A stretch of DNA of 64,000 bases from an uncultured Bacteroidales bacterium (GTDB lineage Bacteria; Bacteroidota; Bacteroidia; Bacteroidales; VadinHA17): the NCBI GenBank assembly GCA_963719235.1, contig CAVRBS010000014.1, positions 283,588-347,587 on the forward strand, written 5' to 3'. The translations under genes were made by a program, and so were the position numbers. The notes under the pieces are model-generated. The model did no database searches. It saw nothing but the letters and a program-made list of their open reading frames with translations, and was not told where the DNA came from. Of this stretch, positions 21,142 through 31,106 are shown one piece after another (position 1 is the first letter of the stretch; the number at the start of each line of letters is the position of its first letter).

Positions 21142-21978
21142 TTAAAATCTTACAGTAATATTAAGCCCGATCAGGTAGTTGAAGTCGCTGATGCTGTTCT
21201 GATTGTACAGGAAATTGTACTGTCCCAGAATGTCATGGTAATTGGCGAAAAATATCTGGAAGGCGTGTGTTGCCGTTCCGATCTCCCAGCCTGCAGCAAG
21301 CTGCGGCTTTGGGTCAAACTCGGGATTTTCCTGTTTGGTGAGAAGCTGATCGTATTCCAGAATAAGGCTGTGCGAGCCGAAAAGGCTGACTTTTGCACCT
21401 GCGGAGAAGCCGAAATTTGCATTCTTATATCCTACCTCAACAGCATTGAAATAAATAAATGTAGGCGCCAGCTGTAATGACAGTTTGCTGAATTGCTTTG
21501 CAACCAGCACCTGTGTGAAATAATTGAGCCTGTGAATTTCCCTCCAGTCGTCAGCGGCTGATCCGAAATTATCCTTGCTGCGAAGATCAATGCCCATATT
21601 GCCGTACAATGCAACTGAAACAGGCATCGAACCTGATTCAGTCTGCCGGAAAAGAGCATATTTCACAGAAAGATCCTGCGCCATGTAGTTCTTTGCAGTA
21701 CCCACTCCTATGACCAGCTTGTCCGTTATAGCATAATTGAGTCCTAACCTGATATTAGCCGGGCCCCAGAGACCGAACAGGTCATCAAAACCATTGTTGA
21801 CAGTACCAAACCTGTGATGTATCTCAAACTCCAGCATGCCTTTAAAGGGAGTTGTTACCGTTTGATTGTCAATTAAAATGCTGGTTTCAAATAATCTGAC
21901 GGGATAATCCTCGCTTTCCTGGCTGAATGCAGGGACAAACAGCAGCGCGAGAATAATCAATAAGAATGCCTTTTTCAT
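21142..21978 (-). CDS. Outer-membrane beta-barrel protein (DUF5777-like)
   Basis: MKKAFLLIIL signal; FETSILIDNQT...LEFEIHHRFG, IGTATHAFQIFFAN, alternating strands, C-terminal ITVRF. Confidence 0.8.
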   Translation of the reverse strand: MKKAFLLIILALLFVPAFSQESEDYPVRLFETSILIDNQTVTTPFKGMLEFEIHHRFGTVNNGFDDLFGLWGPANIRLGLNYAITDKLVIGVGTAKNYMAQDLSVKYALFRQTESGSMPVSVALYGNMGIDLRSKDNFGSAADDWREIHRLNYFTQVLVAKQFSKLSLQLAPTFIYFNAVEVGYKNANFGFSAGAKVSLFGSHSLILEYDQLLTKQENPEFDPKPQLAAGWEIGTATHAFQIFFANYHDILGQYNFLYNQNSISDFNYLIGLNITVRF

Positions 21979-22000
21979 AGTTATCTGGATTATTAGGTTT

Positions 22001-22381
22001 TTATTTTTTATTGTTTTTGGCTCCTTGTGATGCCCACAGCTTAATGACATCGTTAAAATAATACGTAACGGTGTCGTTAACCTGTACGGGAGTATTGAAG
22101 TTGTTTACGCTGCCATGTATCACAAAAATATGGCTGTCATCCGGATTTACAGTGTCAACTTCCGAAACGAGCTCATTGTAAATCTTATTCCGCGTCCATG
22201 TGTGACAGCCTGAGCATTTAGGCAGAATGTGCTGTTCAAAGCTGATAATAATATCTTCGTTTATTACCGGTGGTTCAGGCGGTGTCCACAAGTACTTTTC
22301 ACATGAAGAGAGGCCTGCAAGACCTATCGCAATAACCGCGAAGGCAAGCACCCTGAAAAATCTATCCTTTCTTGTCATCAT
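22001..22381 (-). CDS. Small monoheme cytochrome c lipoprotein
   Basis: LSSC lipobox, Pro-rich linker, ISFEQHILPKCSGCH, IKLWASQGAKNN C-terminus typical of Bacteroidota/planctomycete-type cytochrome c domains. Confidence 0.8.
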   Translation of the reverse strand: MMTRKDRFFRVLAFAVIAIGLAGLSSCEKYLWTPPEPPVINEDIIISFEQHILPKCSGCHTWTRNKIYNELVSEVDTVNPDDSHIFVIHGSVNNFNTPVQVNDTVTYYFNDVIKLWASQGAKNNKK

Positions 22382-22404
22382 TATTTTTATTGTTATTTAA
22401 AAAA

Positions 22405-22524
22405 CAAAGATATCAGAATAAGATATCGGATTTTTTCAGACGGTACCTTATTTAGTTGATTGATAGCTGCTTCTTATCAATCATTAAATTGATATAAATC
22501 GCACATATGGATGATAAATATCAA
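22405..22524 (-). promoter_or_regulatory. Promoter of the minus-strand cytochrome operon with phased Fnr-like boxes
   Basis: -7 element TATCTTTG (22405-22412, - strand); boxes CTGCT-TCTT-ATCAA (22467), TTGAT-ATAA-ATCGC (22489), ATGAT-AAAT-ATCAA (22511), 22-bp period. Confidence 0.75.
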
Positions 22525-22562
22525 GTCAGGCCAAATTCAAATCGCCGGCCGCCATTGATATG

Positions 22563-24344
22563 TCAGAACTTGTAAGAATTATCATCAATCAGCCTGTCAG
22601 CGACATGCCGTCTGGCCTCTTTGACATTGACACATTCCTGCCTGGTGAGTTTTTCAATGGCCTGAACAAGAACAGGATATGTCTCAGGCGAAGAGAATGA
22701 AGCGATTGCTTCAAGGGCTGAGCTTCTTACTATACCTGCAGTCTCGAACAGGTTGACGTCAAGCATATCCTTATATACTGAAACGTCACCCCTGATGGTG
22801 CTGAGCTTTTCCACCCTCAGTGCCAGCAATTCGGAAACATAAGTCTCCATCATCATCTCGGCTATGTTGTTCAGCACTTCCTGTTCATGTATCAGTCCTT
22901 TCCCGAAGTTTTTCGTGGCGTGATGCATGCAGATGAGTATTGCCTTCTTGAAATTCCTGATATATCTTGTCCTTGTCTGGAAATAGCTCTCTCCTTCCTT
23001 TTTGCCATCAGTGATATCAGCCAACCCGGAGCATAGTTTTTCTGCTTCACCGTACAGGTCGAAATCGCCCTTCAGTGCACGTTTCATCGCGGTGTCAACC
23101 ACAAGCAGGCGGTTAATCTCGTTGGTGCCCTCAAATATCCTGTTGATTCTGGAATCACGGTAACCTCTCTCCACCGCCATCTCTGCCGAATAACCCATGC
23201 CTCCGTGTATCTGGACTGCCTCATCAATAATAAAATCAAGCATTTCAGACCCGATGACCTTAAGTATGGCTGCTTCAACAGCATAGTGGCTTATGCCCTC
23301 AATGGCAGCTCTTCCGTGATCGTTTCCGTCGGAGAGTTCATTTATTAGGAGGTCGATATCCTTGCTTACCCTGTATACGGCCGATTCTGTGGCAAAAAGC
23401 CGGATCACCTGCCCGGCAAGCTTATGCTTTATAGCTCCGAATGTTGAAATAAATACGCCGAACTGCTTCCTTTCGTTTGCATACCTGACTAAATCATTGA
23501 TGGCCTTCTTTGCAGCACCGATAACATTTGCGCCAAGCTTGAGCCTTCCCATGTGAAGGATGCTCAGTGCGATCCTGAATCCCTCTCCCCTCTTGCCCAA
23601 AAGGTTCTCAACCGGTACTTTGACGTCATTAAAGTAGATCTGGGCTGTGGATGAGCCTTTGATGCCCATTTTATGCTCGTCGGGACCAATCACCACACCG
23701 GGATAAACAGTTTCAACGATGAATGCGCTGAGTACCCTGTCGACGTCAATCTTGGCGAACACTATCAGCGTATCGGCGAAACCGGCGTTCGTAATCCACA
23801 TCTTCTGTCCGTTGAGAATGTAATGTTTTCCGTCCTCGCTGAGCTTTGCATTTGTCTTGCCTGAGTTGGCATCGCTGCCTGCTCCCGGTTCGGTAAGGCA
23901 GTAGGCCCCGAGAAGCTCTCCGGTCGCCAGCTTCGGAACATAGCGCTCGCGCTGCTCCTGGTTGCCGTAATACATGATAGGCAGTGTCCCTATACCGCAA
24001 TGCGCCATGAATGACACTGAGAAAGAATATCCTGCACCGATGGTCTCAGCCACCAGCATCTGGGTGACAAACGATTGCCCGAAACCGCCATACTCTTCAG
24101 GAATAGAAATGCCCAGCAGACCCAGTTCTCCCGATTTTTTCAGAATGTTTTTCATCAGTTCCCTGTCGCTCTTCTCAACCTGTTCAAGGTTGGGATAAAC
24201 TTCGGCCTGAAGAAAATCGCTGCATGTCTGGGCGATCATCTTCTGTTCCTCATCGAATTCTTCAGGGATGAAAATATCTTTTGCTTCAATCTCCCTTACC
24301 AGAAATTCACCGCTTTTCAGAGTGTTACTGTTTTCCATGGTCAT
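22563..24344 (-). CDS. Acyl-CoA dehydrogenase (long FadE-type with C-terminal domain)
   Basis: AYCLTEPGAGSDA, LNGQKMWITN, RKQFG, QIHGGMGY, RINRIFEGTNEINR. Confidence 0.95.
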   Translation of the reverse strand: MTMENSNTLKSGEFLVREIEAKDIFIPEEFDEEQKMIAQTCSDFLQAEVYPNLEQVEKSDRELMKNILKKSGELGLLGISIPEEYGGFGQSFVTQMLVAETIGAGYSFSVSFMAHCGIGTLPIMYYGNQEQRERYVPKLATGELLGAYCLTEPGAGSDANSGKTNAKLSEDGKHYILNGQKMWITNAGFADTLIVFAKIDVDRVLSAFIVETVYPGVVIGPDEHKMGIKGSSTAQIYFNDVKVPVENLLGKRGEGFRIALSILHMGRLKLGANVIGAAKKAINDLVRYANERKQFGVFISTFGAIKHKLAGQVIRLFATESAVYRVSKDIDLLINELSDGNDHGRAAIEGISHYAVEAAILKVIGSEMLDFIIDEAVQIHGGMGYSAEMAVERGYRDSRINRIFEGTNEINRLLVVDTAMKRALKGDFDLYGEAEKLCSGLADITDGKKEGESYFQTRTRYIRNFKKAILICMHHATKNFGKGLIHEQEVLNNIAEMMMETYVSELLALRVEKLSTIRGDVSVYKDMLDVNLFETAGIVRSSALEAIASFSSPETYPVLVQAIEKLTRQECVNVKEARRHVADRLIDDNSYKF

Positions 24345-24364
24345 ATATTAAGTTTTTGATAATT

Positions 24365-26449
24365 CTATAATTCAAGCGACTGTGCAATCAGCTCAGCCAT
24401 GTCAAGGTTGCGGACATCGTCTTCCCTGTTCTTGTATTTAAGTCCGTCAGTAAGCATTGTCATGCAGAACGGACAGGCAGATGCAATTACCTCTGCTCCG
24501 GCCCTGAGAGCTTCCTCAGTCCTTTCAATGAACACTTCTTTTTCTCCTTTCTCTGCCTCCTTGAACATCTGTGCCCCTCCGGCGCCGCAGCATAATGCGA
24601 AGCTCCCGTGTCTCTCCATCTCGGTAAAAGCCCCTGTCAGCCTGTTGAGAAGGGCCCTGGGCTCATCATAAATCTCATTTGCCCGGCCAAGATAACAGGG
24701 GTCATGATATGTGACTTTCGTTCCCTTCAGCGATCCGGCATTGATACTCAGCTTGCCTTCATCAGCATACCTGTTCAGGAACTGGAGATAGTTGATCACC
24801 TCATAGCTGCCGCCAAGGTCAGGGTATTCATTCTTAAAAATATTGAAACAGTGCGGACAGGTGGTGATAATCTTTTTTACACCGTATGATTTGAGTATTT
24901 CTATCACCTGCAGTGCCTGCATCTGGAAGAGCATCTCGTTTCCAGCGCGCCTTGCCGGGTCACCGGTGCATGTCTCCTCACTGCCCAGCACGGCATAATT
25001 TATTTTCAGGTGGTTCAGTATCTTCACGAAAGCCCTGACAACCTTTTTATACCTGTCATCAAAAGCCCCTGCACAGCCCACCCAGAAAAGATACTCCGCG
25101 GTTGTGCCCTTTGCGGCATAATCAGACATGAGCGGCACGCTGAAGCTCAGGTCTTTGGCCCATAGCATTCTGTCTTCCGAAGAATACTGCCACGGAGCTC
25201 CGTTATTCTCGATATTGCTGAACACGGTCTTGAGCTCGCCGGGAGCCGATGCCTCCTCCATGACAAGATATCTTCTCATGTCGACTATCAGGGAGGGATG
25301 GTTGATGTTTATCGGGCACTCGGTTGCACAGGCGTTGCAGGTGGTGCAGGCCCATAATTCCTCTTCGGTAATATAATCTCTCAGAAGTGACTTATTGTCG
25401 CTGTAATCCTTGCCGTTCCTGGTCATCAGGGGTCCCTTCTCCTTCATCCTTTCCCTGAGATCCATCATCACCTTGCGGGGTGACAGCTTCTTGCCCGTGA
25501 TGTTCGCAGGACATACCGAGGTGCAGCGTCCGCATTGGGTGCAGGAAAGTGAATCGAAGTATGTTTTCCAGACCACATCCTCCGCGTCCTTTACCCCGAA
25601 GCGCTCGACGGGGACATCAGAAGGCGCTGCTGCAAAAGCGGTATCAGGGTTCATCATAAGCCTTACTTCCCTTGTGACATTATCCATGTTTGTCAGCTTA
25701 CCCAGCGGCTCGAGACGCGAAAGGAACACGTTGGGAACAGACAGGAAGACATGGAAATGCTTTGAATACGGCAATACATTCGCAAAAACGAATATAGAGA
25801 GTATGTGCGTCCACCAGCAAACCTCGTACAGGGTATGCATGGACTCCGGTGACTTGTTTCCAATCAGACCGGCCAGCCACGCGCTGACAGGATAAGTTCC
25901 TTTCATCTGTTCCCCCGAGAGGATCCTGCCTCCGGCATAGCCTGTGTTCATGCCTGCCAGCGAAATCATCAGCAGGAGTATCAGCGAAAGAGCAACAATA
26001 GCATCGATATGAGATATCCTTTTCATCTCAATGCCTTCGAAACGTCTGATATGAAGAAATATACGCCTTACAAGAAATATTATGACGGCTATGGCGACTA
26101 TGTATGCGAAGATATCGCCTGATCCCATCAGGAACCCGTAAAAACCGCCGAGGAAAGATAGTGACTTGTCTGTTCCGGCTAACCCGTCAATCACCATCTC
26201 GATACTGCCGAACAGGATTATGCAAAAACCCCAGAACACCAGCGCATGAGCCAGTCCTATCAACGGCCTGCGGAAGATCTTTGTCTGTCCGAAGGCGACC
26301 TTCAGCATAACGCCAAACCTTTTCCCGATCTGTTTAACGGGGAAACCGGGCCTGGTAAGTTTGAAGAACCCGACGATCCTGCGGATGGTAAAGGCGAACA
26401 CTCCAAGCGTCACAAGAAGTGCCAGTGCGAACACCACCTGTCTGATCAT
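24365..26449 (-). CDS. Membrane heme b/Fe-S oxidoreductase (FadF / ETF:menaquinone oxidoreductase-like)
   Basis: N-terminal TMs with [17 protein letters not shown]; two CxxCxxCxxxCP ferredoxin motifs; two CCG domains; adjacent to etfAB and an ACAD. Confidence 0.9.
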   Translation of the reverse strand: MIRQVVFALALLVTLGVFAFTIRRIVGFFKLTRPGFPVKQIGKRFGVMLKVAFGQTKIFRRPLIGLAHALVFWGFCIILFGSIEMVIDGLAGTDKSLSFLGGFYGFLMGSGDIFAYIVAIAVIIFLVRRIFLHIRRFEGIEMKRISHIDAIVALSLILLLMISLAGMNTGYAGGRILSGEQMKGTYPVSAWLAGLIGNKSPESMHTLYEVCWWTHILSIFVFANVLPYSKHFHVFLSVPNVFLSRLEPLGKLTNMDNVTREVRLMMNPDTAFAAAPSDVPVERFGVKDAEDVVWKTYFDSLSCTQCGRCTSVCPANITGKKLSPRKVMMDLRERMKEKGPLMTRNGKDYSDNKSLLRDYITEEELWACTTCNACATECPININHPSLIVDMRRYLVMEEASAPGELKTVFSNIENNGAPWQYSSEDRMLWAKDLSFSVPLMSDYAAKGTTAEYLFWVGCAGAFDDRYKKVVRAFVKILNHLKINYAVLGSEETCTGDPARRAGNEMLFQMQALQVIEILKSYGVKKIITTCPHCFNIFKNEYPDLGGSYEVINYLQFLNRYADEGKLSINAGSLKGTKVTYHDPCYLGRANEIYDEPRALLNRLTGAFTEMERHGSFALCCGAGGAQMFKEAEKGEKEVFIERTEEALRAGAEVIASACPFCMTMLTDGLKYKNREDDVRNLDMAELIAQSLEL

Positions 26450-27414
26450 TTCTTCAGCTCTTTTACTGCCTCAACAAGCTTTGGCAGAACCTTCTGCGCA
26501 TCTCCGACGATACCGTATTGGGCAACCTCAAAGATAGGGGCGTCCTTGTCAGTATTGACCGCGACGATAAATTTTGATGAGCTGACTCCTGCCAGGTGCT
26601 GGGTAGCGCCTGAAATACCTACCGCAATATACAGATTGGGGGCAATAACCTTTCCCGTCTGTCCGGTATGCTCTTCATGAGACCTCCATCCTTCATCCGA
26701 GACAGGTCGTGAGCAGGCTGTGGCAGCGCCAAGGGCTCCTGCAAGCTCAACAAGGGGACCCCAGTTGTCAGGAGATTTCATCCCCCTGCCACCGGACACA
26801 ACTATCTCGGCATCGGTGAGCAGCAACTTGCCAGTCTGCTTCTGAGAATCTTTAACGACAGTCCTGGCCAGCGAGCTGTCAACAGTGATATTGTAGTTCT
26901 CAATTGATGAATTGTTTGGTGTTTCGACAAGGTCAAAAGAATTCTGTGAAAGGGTGATTATTTTAATCTCTGTATTTATGACCATATGTGCGAAAGCGTT
27001 GCCCGAGTAAGCCCTCTTATAGACTGTAAAAGGTTCAAGGCTAAGCGGCAGTTTGCTTACACCTGAAGCCATCCCGGCTTTCAACCGTACTGATAACCGC
27101 GGAGCGACAGCCTTTCCTTCATTGTTGTTTGAGATAATGATTACCCGGGCATCTTCTTTCAGGGCTGCCTGTGCGATAATATCTGTATACACCTGATTAT
27201 CAAGTGTTTTACAGTATTCATTGTTGACCCTGATAATCTTTTTCGCGCCGTAATTTCCAAGCTTACTGAGCTCTTCATCACCTGCGGCTCCTATTGACAG
27301 ACAGACTAATGATGTATTAAGCAGCTCAGCAACCTTTGACCCGTAGGAAACCAGTTCAAAAGATGATTTCTTGAATTTGCCGTCCCAGTTCTGGGTATAT
27401 ACTAAAACTGACAT
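26446..27414 (-). CDS. etfA: Electron transfer flavoprotein alpha subunit
   Basis: [44 protein letters not shown]. Confidence 0.96.
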   Translation of the reverse strand: MSVLVYTQNWDGKFKKSSFELVSYGSKVAELLNTSLVCLSIGAAGDEELSKLGNYGAKKIIRVNNEYCKTLDNQVYTDIIAQAALKEDARVIIISNNNEGKAVAPRLSVRLKAGMASGVSKLPLSLEPFTVYKRAYSGNAFAHMVINTEIKIITLSQNSFDLVETPNNSSIENYNITVDSSLARTVVKDSQKQTGKLLLTDAEIVVSGGRGMKSPDNWGPLVELAGALGAATACSRPVSDEGWRSHEEHTGQTGKVIAPNLYIAVGISGATQHLAGVSSSKFIVAVNTDKDAPIFEVAQYGIVGDAQKVLPKLVEAVKELKK

Positions 27415-27440
27415 AGTTTATGTGTTTTTATGTTTGTTGA

Positions 27441-28190
27441 TCAGATGACCTTGGCTTCGTTCTGGAGAAGTGCTATCAGCTGGCCGGCATTCTCCGGGTC
27501 AATGAACTTGCAGGCAGCTCGGGGAGAGGGTTTTTCAAAGACCAGGATGCCGGTCAGTGGTTCTGCTGGTTCAGGCTCATAAATTCTTACAGGCTTTGTC
27601 CTTGCAGTCATAATACCGCGCATTGAAGCAATCCGGGGTTCCTTCGCAATTCCTTTCTGGACAATTGCCACGAACGGCATCGGCACGGATATTAATTCCC
27701 GTCCTCCGTCTATCTCACGGGTAAGAACGGGAGAGCTGTTTTCGATCTTGATATCTGACACGGCAGAAACAGAAGGAATGCCGAGAAACTCAGCAATCAT
27801 GCCGCCTGTCATTGATCCGTTATAATCGCTCAATTCAATCCCGCACAGGATGACATCAAACTGCTCCTTCCTGATCACCGCGGCAAGCTGGGCAGCGACA
27901 AAATATGAATCAGCCGGCACGGCATTTACTCGAAAAGCGTCGTCCGCTCCTATCGCCAGGGCTTTGCGTATGGTCGGCTCTGATGCGGGAGGCCCGACAT
28001 GTGCCACCGTTACCGACTTGACTCCCGCTGATGCATCATCCTTTAACTCAAGGGCACGAGTCAACGAAAGCTCATCCCAGGGATTAATAACCCATTGGAT
28101 ACCCGTAGTGTCAAGCCTGGTGTCGCTCTCCACGAATTTGACTTTCGTGGTTGTGTCCGGAACATTGCTAATACAAACTAAGATCTTCAT
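27441..28190 (-). CDS. etfB: Electron transfer flavoprotein beta subunit
   Basis: MKILVCISNVPDT, INPWDE, RKALAIGAD, REIDGG, EPRIASMRGIM. Confidence 0.96.
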   Translation of the reverse strand: MKILVCISNVPDTTTKVKFVESDTRLDTTGIQWVINPWDELSLTRALELKDDASAGVKSVTVAHVGPPASEPTIRKALAIGADDAFRVNAVPADSYFVAAQLAAVIRKEQFDVILCGIELSDYNGSMTGGMIAEFLGIPSVSAVSDIKIENSSPVLTREIDGGRELISVPMPFVAIVQKGIAKEPRIASMRGIMTARTKPVRIYEPEPAEPLTGILVFEKPSPRAACKFIDPENAGQLIALLQNEAKVI

Positions 28191-28360
28191 TGATGGTCTC
28201 TGTTTTTTCCGATTATAAAATCAACTTAGGTCAGTAGCCGAAAAAACTGTTTTCAGCGTGGCAAATATAACAATAAATGATAACCACAAAAATGCCCTGT
28301 GCTGATGTCAGAATATTAGACTAACTTCGCCCCCCGTTAAATCAGCTCTTTTCGGCTTAA

Positions 28361-29275
28361 ATGAAAGGAAGACAATACACAGCTCTCGTTTTTTCAATGA
28401 TCTTCTGGTCATTCTCGTTTATATGGTTCAAAATCGCAAACAAGAGCTATGATCCGATCACAATTGTCTTCATACGCTTATGCATTGCGACGGTTTTGCT
28501 TTCGACATTTCTCTGGATAACCCATGGCTATAAAGGCGTAAGGAAGGCTGACAGGAAATACTTCCTTCTGCTGGCATTTTTTGAACCGTTTCTGTACTTC
28601 CTTGGAGAGAGTTTCGGACTGACATATGTCTCATCTACCGTTGGGTCTGTGATAATCTCAACCATTCCCGTATTTGCAGTGATTTTTGCCTGGATCTTTT
28701 ACAGGGAGAGGCTCAAACTGGTCAATTATGCCGGAGTGGTTGTATCCTTTATCGGGGTCATTATTTTCATCACCAGCGGATCAGGGACAATAGAAATGAG
28801 CCTCAAAGGACTGGCGCTGCTGTTCCTGGCAGTTGCTGCGGCTGTCGGTTACAACATGGTGCTTGCCAGGCTGGCAAGTGTTTATAACCCTGTCAGTATT
28901 GTGAACATACAGAATGCAATAGGGCTCATCCTCTTCCTTCCCCTCTTCCTGATTTTTGACCTGAAAAAAGTCATTGCCACCGGCATCGTGGCGGAGAGCT
29001 TCAGCTCCATCGTGCTTCTGGCTGTCTTCGCCTCCAGCGGTGCTTTTGTGCTCTTTGCCTACTCTGTCAGGCATCTGGGTATCTCACGCGCTAACATTTT
29101 CAGTAATCTGATTCCCGTTTTTACGGCGATTTTTGCCTTTTTTATTGTAGGAGACAAGCTGACTTTTCTAAATGCAGCAGGTATGGCTGTGGTCATCGCC
29201 GGTCTGTTCCTTTCACAGATCGGGAAAAAGGCAGCTGCCTCAACGGATATCGATTTTGCCGGAAGAAGCGCGTAG
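28361..29275 (+). CDS. EamA/DMT family transporter
   Basis: Ten TM segments in two EamA repeats; FEPFLYFLGESFGL, NLIPVFTAIFA. Confidence 0.88.
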   Translation: MKGRQYTALVFSMIFWSFSFIWFKIANKSYDPITIVFIRLCIATVLLSTFLWITHGYKGVRKADRKYFLLLAFFEPFLYFLGESFGLTYVSSTVGSVIISTIPVFAVIFAWIFYRERLKLVNYAGVVVSFIGVIIFITSGSGTIEMSLKGLALLFLAVAAAVGYNMVLARLASVYNPVSIVNIQNAIGLILFLPLFLIFDLKKVIATGIVAESFSSIVLLAVFASSGAFVLFAYSVRHLGISRANIFSNLIPVFTAIFAFFIVGDKLTFLNAAGMAVVIAGLFLSQIGKKAAASTDIDFAGRSA

Positions 29276-29348
29276 AGCTCCATGAAATAACCTCTCCGGC
29301 CCTCCCGTTTTACTGATAGTATTATCTTTGCTTTCAAGTTTTCGGGAT

Positions 29349-30365
29349 ATGAAGCGACCGCTCCTTGCCTACCTCTCTCTTATTGCATTTCTGCCGGTAA
29401 GCGGTCAGACCGGCGGTGACAACACCTATGAGTTTCTGAATCTCAGCCACTCGGCCTTTGCAACTGCCACAGGCGGAATGACAGTCTCGCAAAGCAGAAA
29501 CGACCTCAGCCTGCCTTATTTTAACCCTGCCCTGCTCACAGGCGCAATGAACAATGACATATCACTGAGCTTTTCCACATATTTTGCCGGGATAAATTAC
29601 GGATATGCCGCATGGGCAAGGGATATGGATAAAAGAGGTACCCTGGCGGCCGGCCTGAGCTTCATCAGCTACGGCAGCTTCACCGAAGCGGATGCTGAAG
29701 GGAACATAAACGGCACATTCACTGCCGCTGAATATGCTTTCAATGTGATCTGGTCACTCCGGATTGATTCATCCTTTACCGTGGGGGTAAACCTTAAACC
29801 CGTTTTTTCACATCTTGAGCGTTATTTCTCGGCAGGGCTATGTGCTGATATAGGTGCCACCTACCATAACCAGAAGCTGCTCCTTGATGCAGGCCTGGTT
29901 ATCAGGAATGCCGGGTTTCAAATAAAAAGTTATACCGGAGAAGGAGGAGAGCCTCTTCCTTTTGAGATCATTGCCGGAGCCACCAAAAGGCTTGAGCATG
30001 CACCCTTTAGCTTCTCTCTCACATTCAGGCATATAGAAAAACCTGACCTCACCTATGATTATGATACAGGCGATGATATCCCTGCCGGCGGCTTCGGAGA
30101 AAACCTGCTGAGACATATCATCTTTGGCATCGAGATCTTACCTGCAGACGTATTCTGGCTGGGAGCCGGACTTAATTACCAGCGGAGATCAGAGATGCGC
30201 ATCGAGCAGAGAGCAGGCATGACAGGTTTCTCGGCTGGTTTTGGGATCAGGACAAAGGCTTTTGAGCTTGCTTACGGACGTGACGCTTTTCATCTTGCAG
30301 GTGCATCCAATCACGTGACTATCACTCTCAGACCTGAGGTGATTTTCAAAAATACAACACCATGA
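29349..30365 (+). CDS. porQ: Type IX secretion system protein PorQ
   Basis: GGDNTYEFLNL..SA...A.GG, NPALL, beta-strand pattern, directly upstream of cmk as usual in Bacteroidota; TATCTTTG at 29323. Confidence 0.85.
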   Translation: MKRPLLAYLSLIAFLPVSGQTGGDNTYEFLNLSHSAFATATGGMTVSQSRNDLSLPYFNPALLTGAMNNDISLSFSTYFAGINYGYAAWARDMDKRGTLAAGLSFISYGSFTEADAEGNINGTFTAAEYAFNVIWSLRIDSSFTVGVNLKPVFSHLERYFSAGLCADIGATYHNQKLLLDAGLVIRNAGFQIKSYTGEGGEPLPFEIIAGATKRLEHAPFSFSLTFRHIEKPDLTYDYDTGDDIPAGGFGENLLRHIIFGIEILPADVFWLGAGLNYQRRSEMRIEQRAGMTGFSAGFGIRTKAFELAYGRDAFHLAGASNHVTITLRPEVIFKNTTP

Positions 30366-30404
30366 ACCTTATACCATCTTTTTCGTTTTAACTTTGCAGC
30401 CTGA

Positions 30405-31106
30405 ATGAAGAAGAGAAAAAAAATCATCATCACCGTTGACGGTTACTCATCATGCGGGAAAAGCACATTCGCAAAAGCGATTGCTGCTGACCTCGGTTAT
30501 CTGTATATTGACTCCGGTGCAATGTACAGGGCTGTGACCCTGTTCTGCCACCGGCATGGATACGTTACAGGCGGTGTGGCTGATATAAACAGTGTTATAG
30601 GTGCCCTTCCGGAGATAAAGATATCCTTCAGGATTAATCCCGATACGGGTTTTAATGAGACCTTCCTCAACGGTGAACATGTTGAAAGGGAGCTCCGTGA
30701 CAGGGCTGTGTCAGACAATGTAAGTGCAGTCAGTACAATAGCAGAAGTCAGGGCGAAACTGGTGGAGCTGCAACGCGCGATCGGAGAGCGCGGAGGGATA
30801 GTAATGGACGGCCGTGATATAGGAACCGTAGTGTTTCCCAATGCTGAACTGAAGATTTTCATGACTGCCTCACCGGCCGTAAGGGCCAAACGCCGTTACC
30901 TGGAGCTTGTGGAAAAAGGTCTCCAGGCAGACATCGCTGCCGTTGAAAAAAATATCAATGATCGTGACAGGATAGATTCTTCCAGGGAAATCAGTCCCCT
31001 GAGGAAAGCAGACGATGCCGTGGTTCTCGACAACAGCGACATGACTGTAAGTGAACAGATGGTATGGTTCAGAAAACTGTTTAAACAGAAGATGAATGAA
31101 GGTTGA
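30405..31106 (+). CDS. cmk: Cytidylate kinase
   Basis: DGYSSCGKST, IDSGAMYRAV, VMDGRDIGTVVFP. Confidence 0.97.
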   Translation: MKKRKKIIITVDGYSSCGKSTFAKAIAADLGYLYIDSGAMYRAVTLFCHRHGYVTGGVADINSVIGALPEIKISFRINPDTGFNETFLNGEHVERELRDRAVSDNVSAVSTIAEVRAKLVELQRAIGERGGIVMDGRDIGTVVFPNAELKIFMTASPAVRAKRRYLELVEKGLQADIAAVEKNINDRDRIDSSREISPLRKADDAVVLDNSDMTVSEQMVWFRKLFKQKMNEG

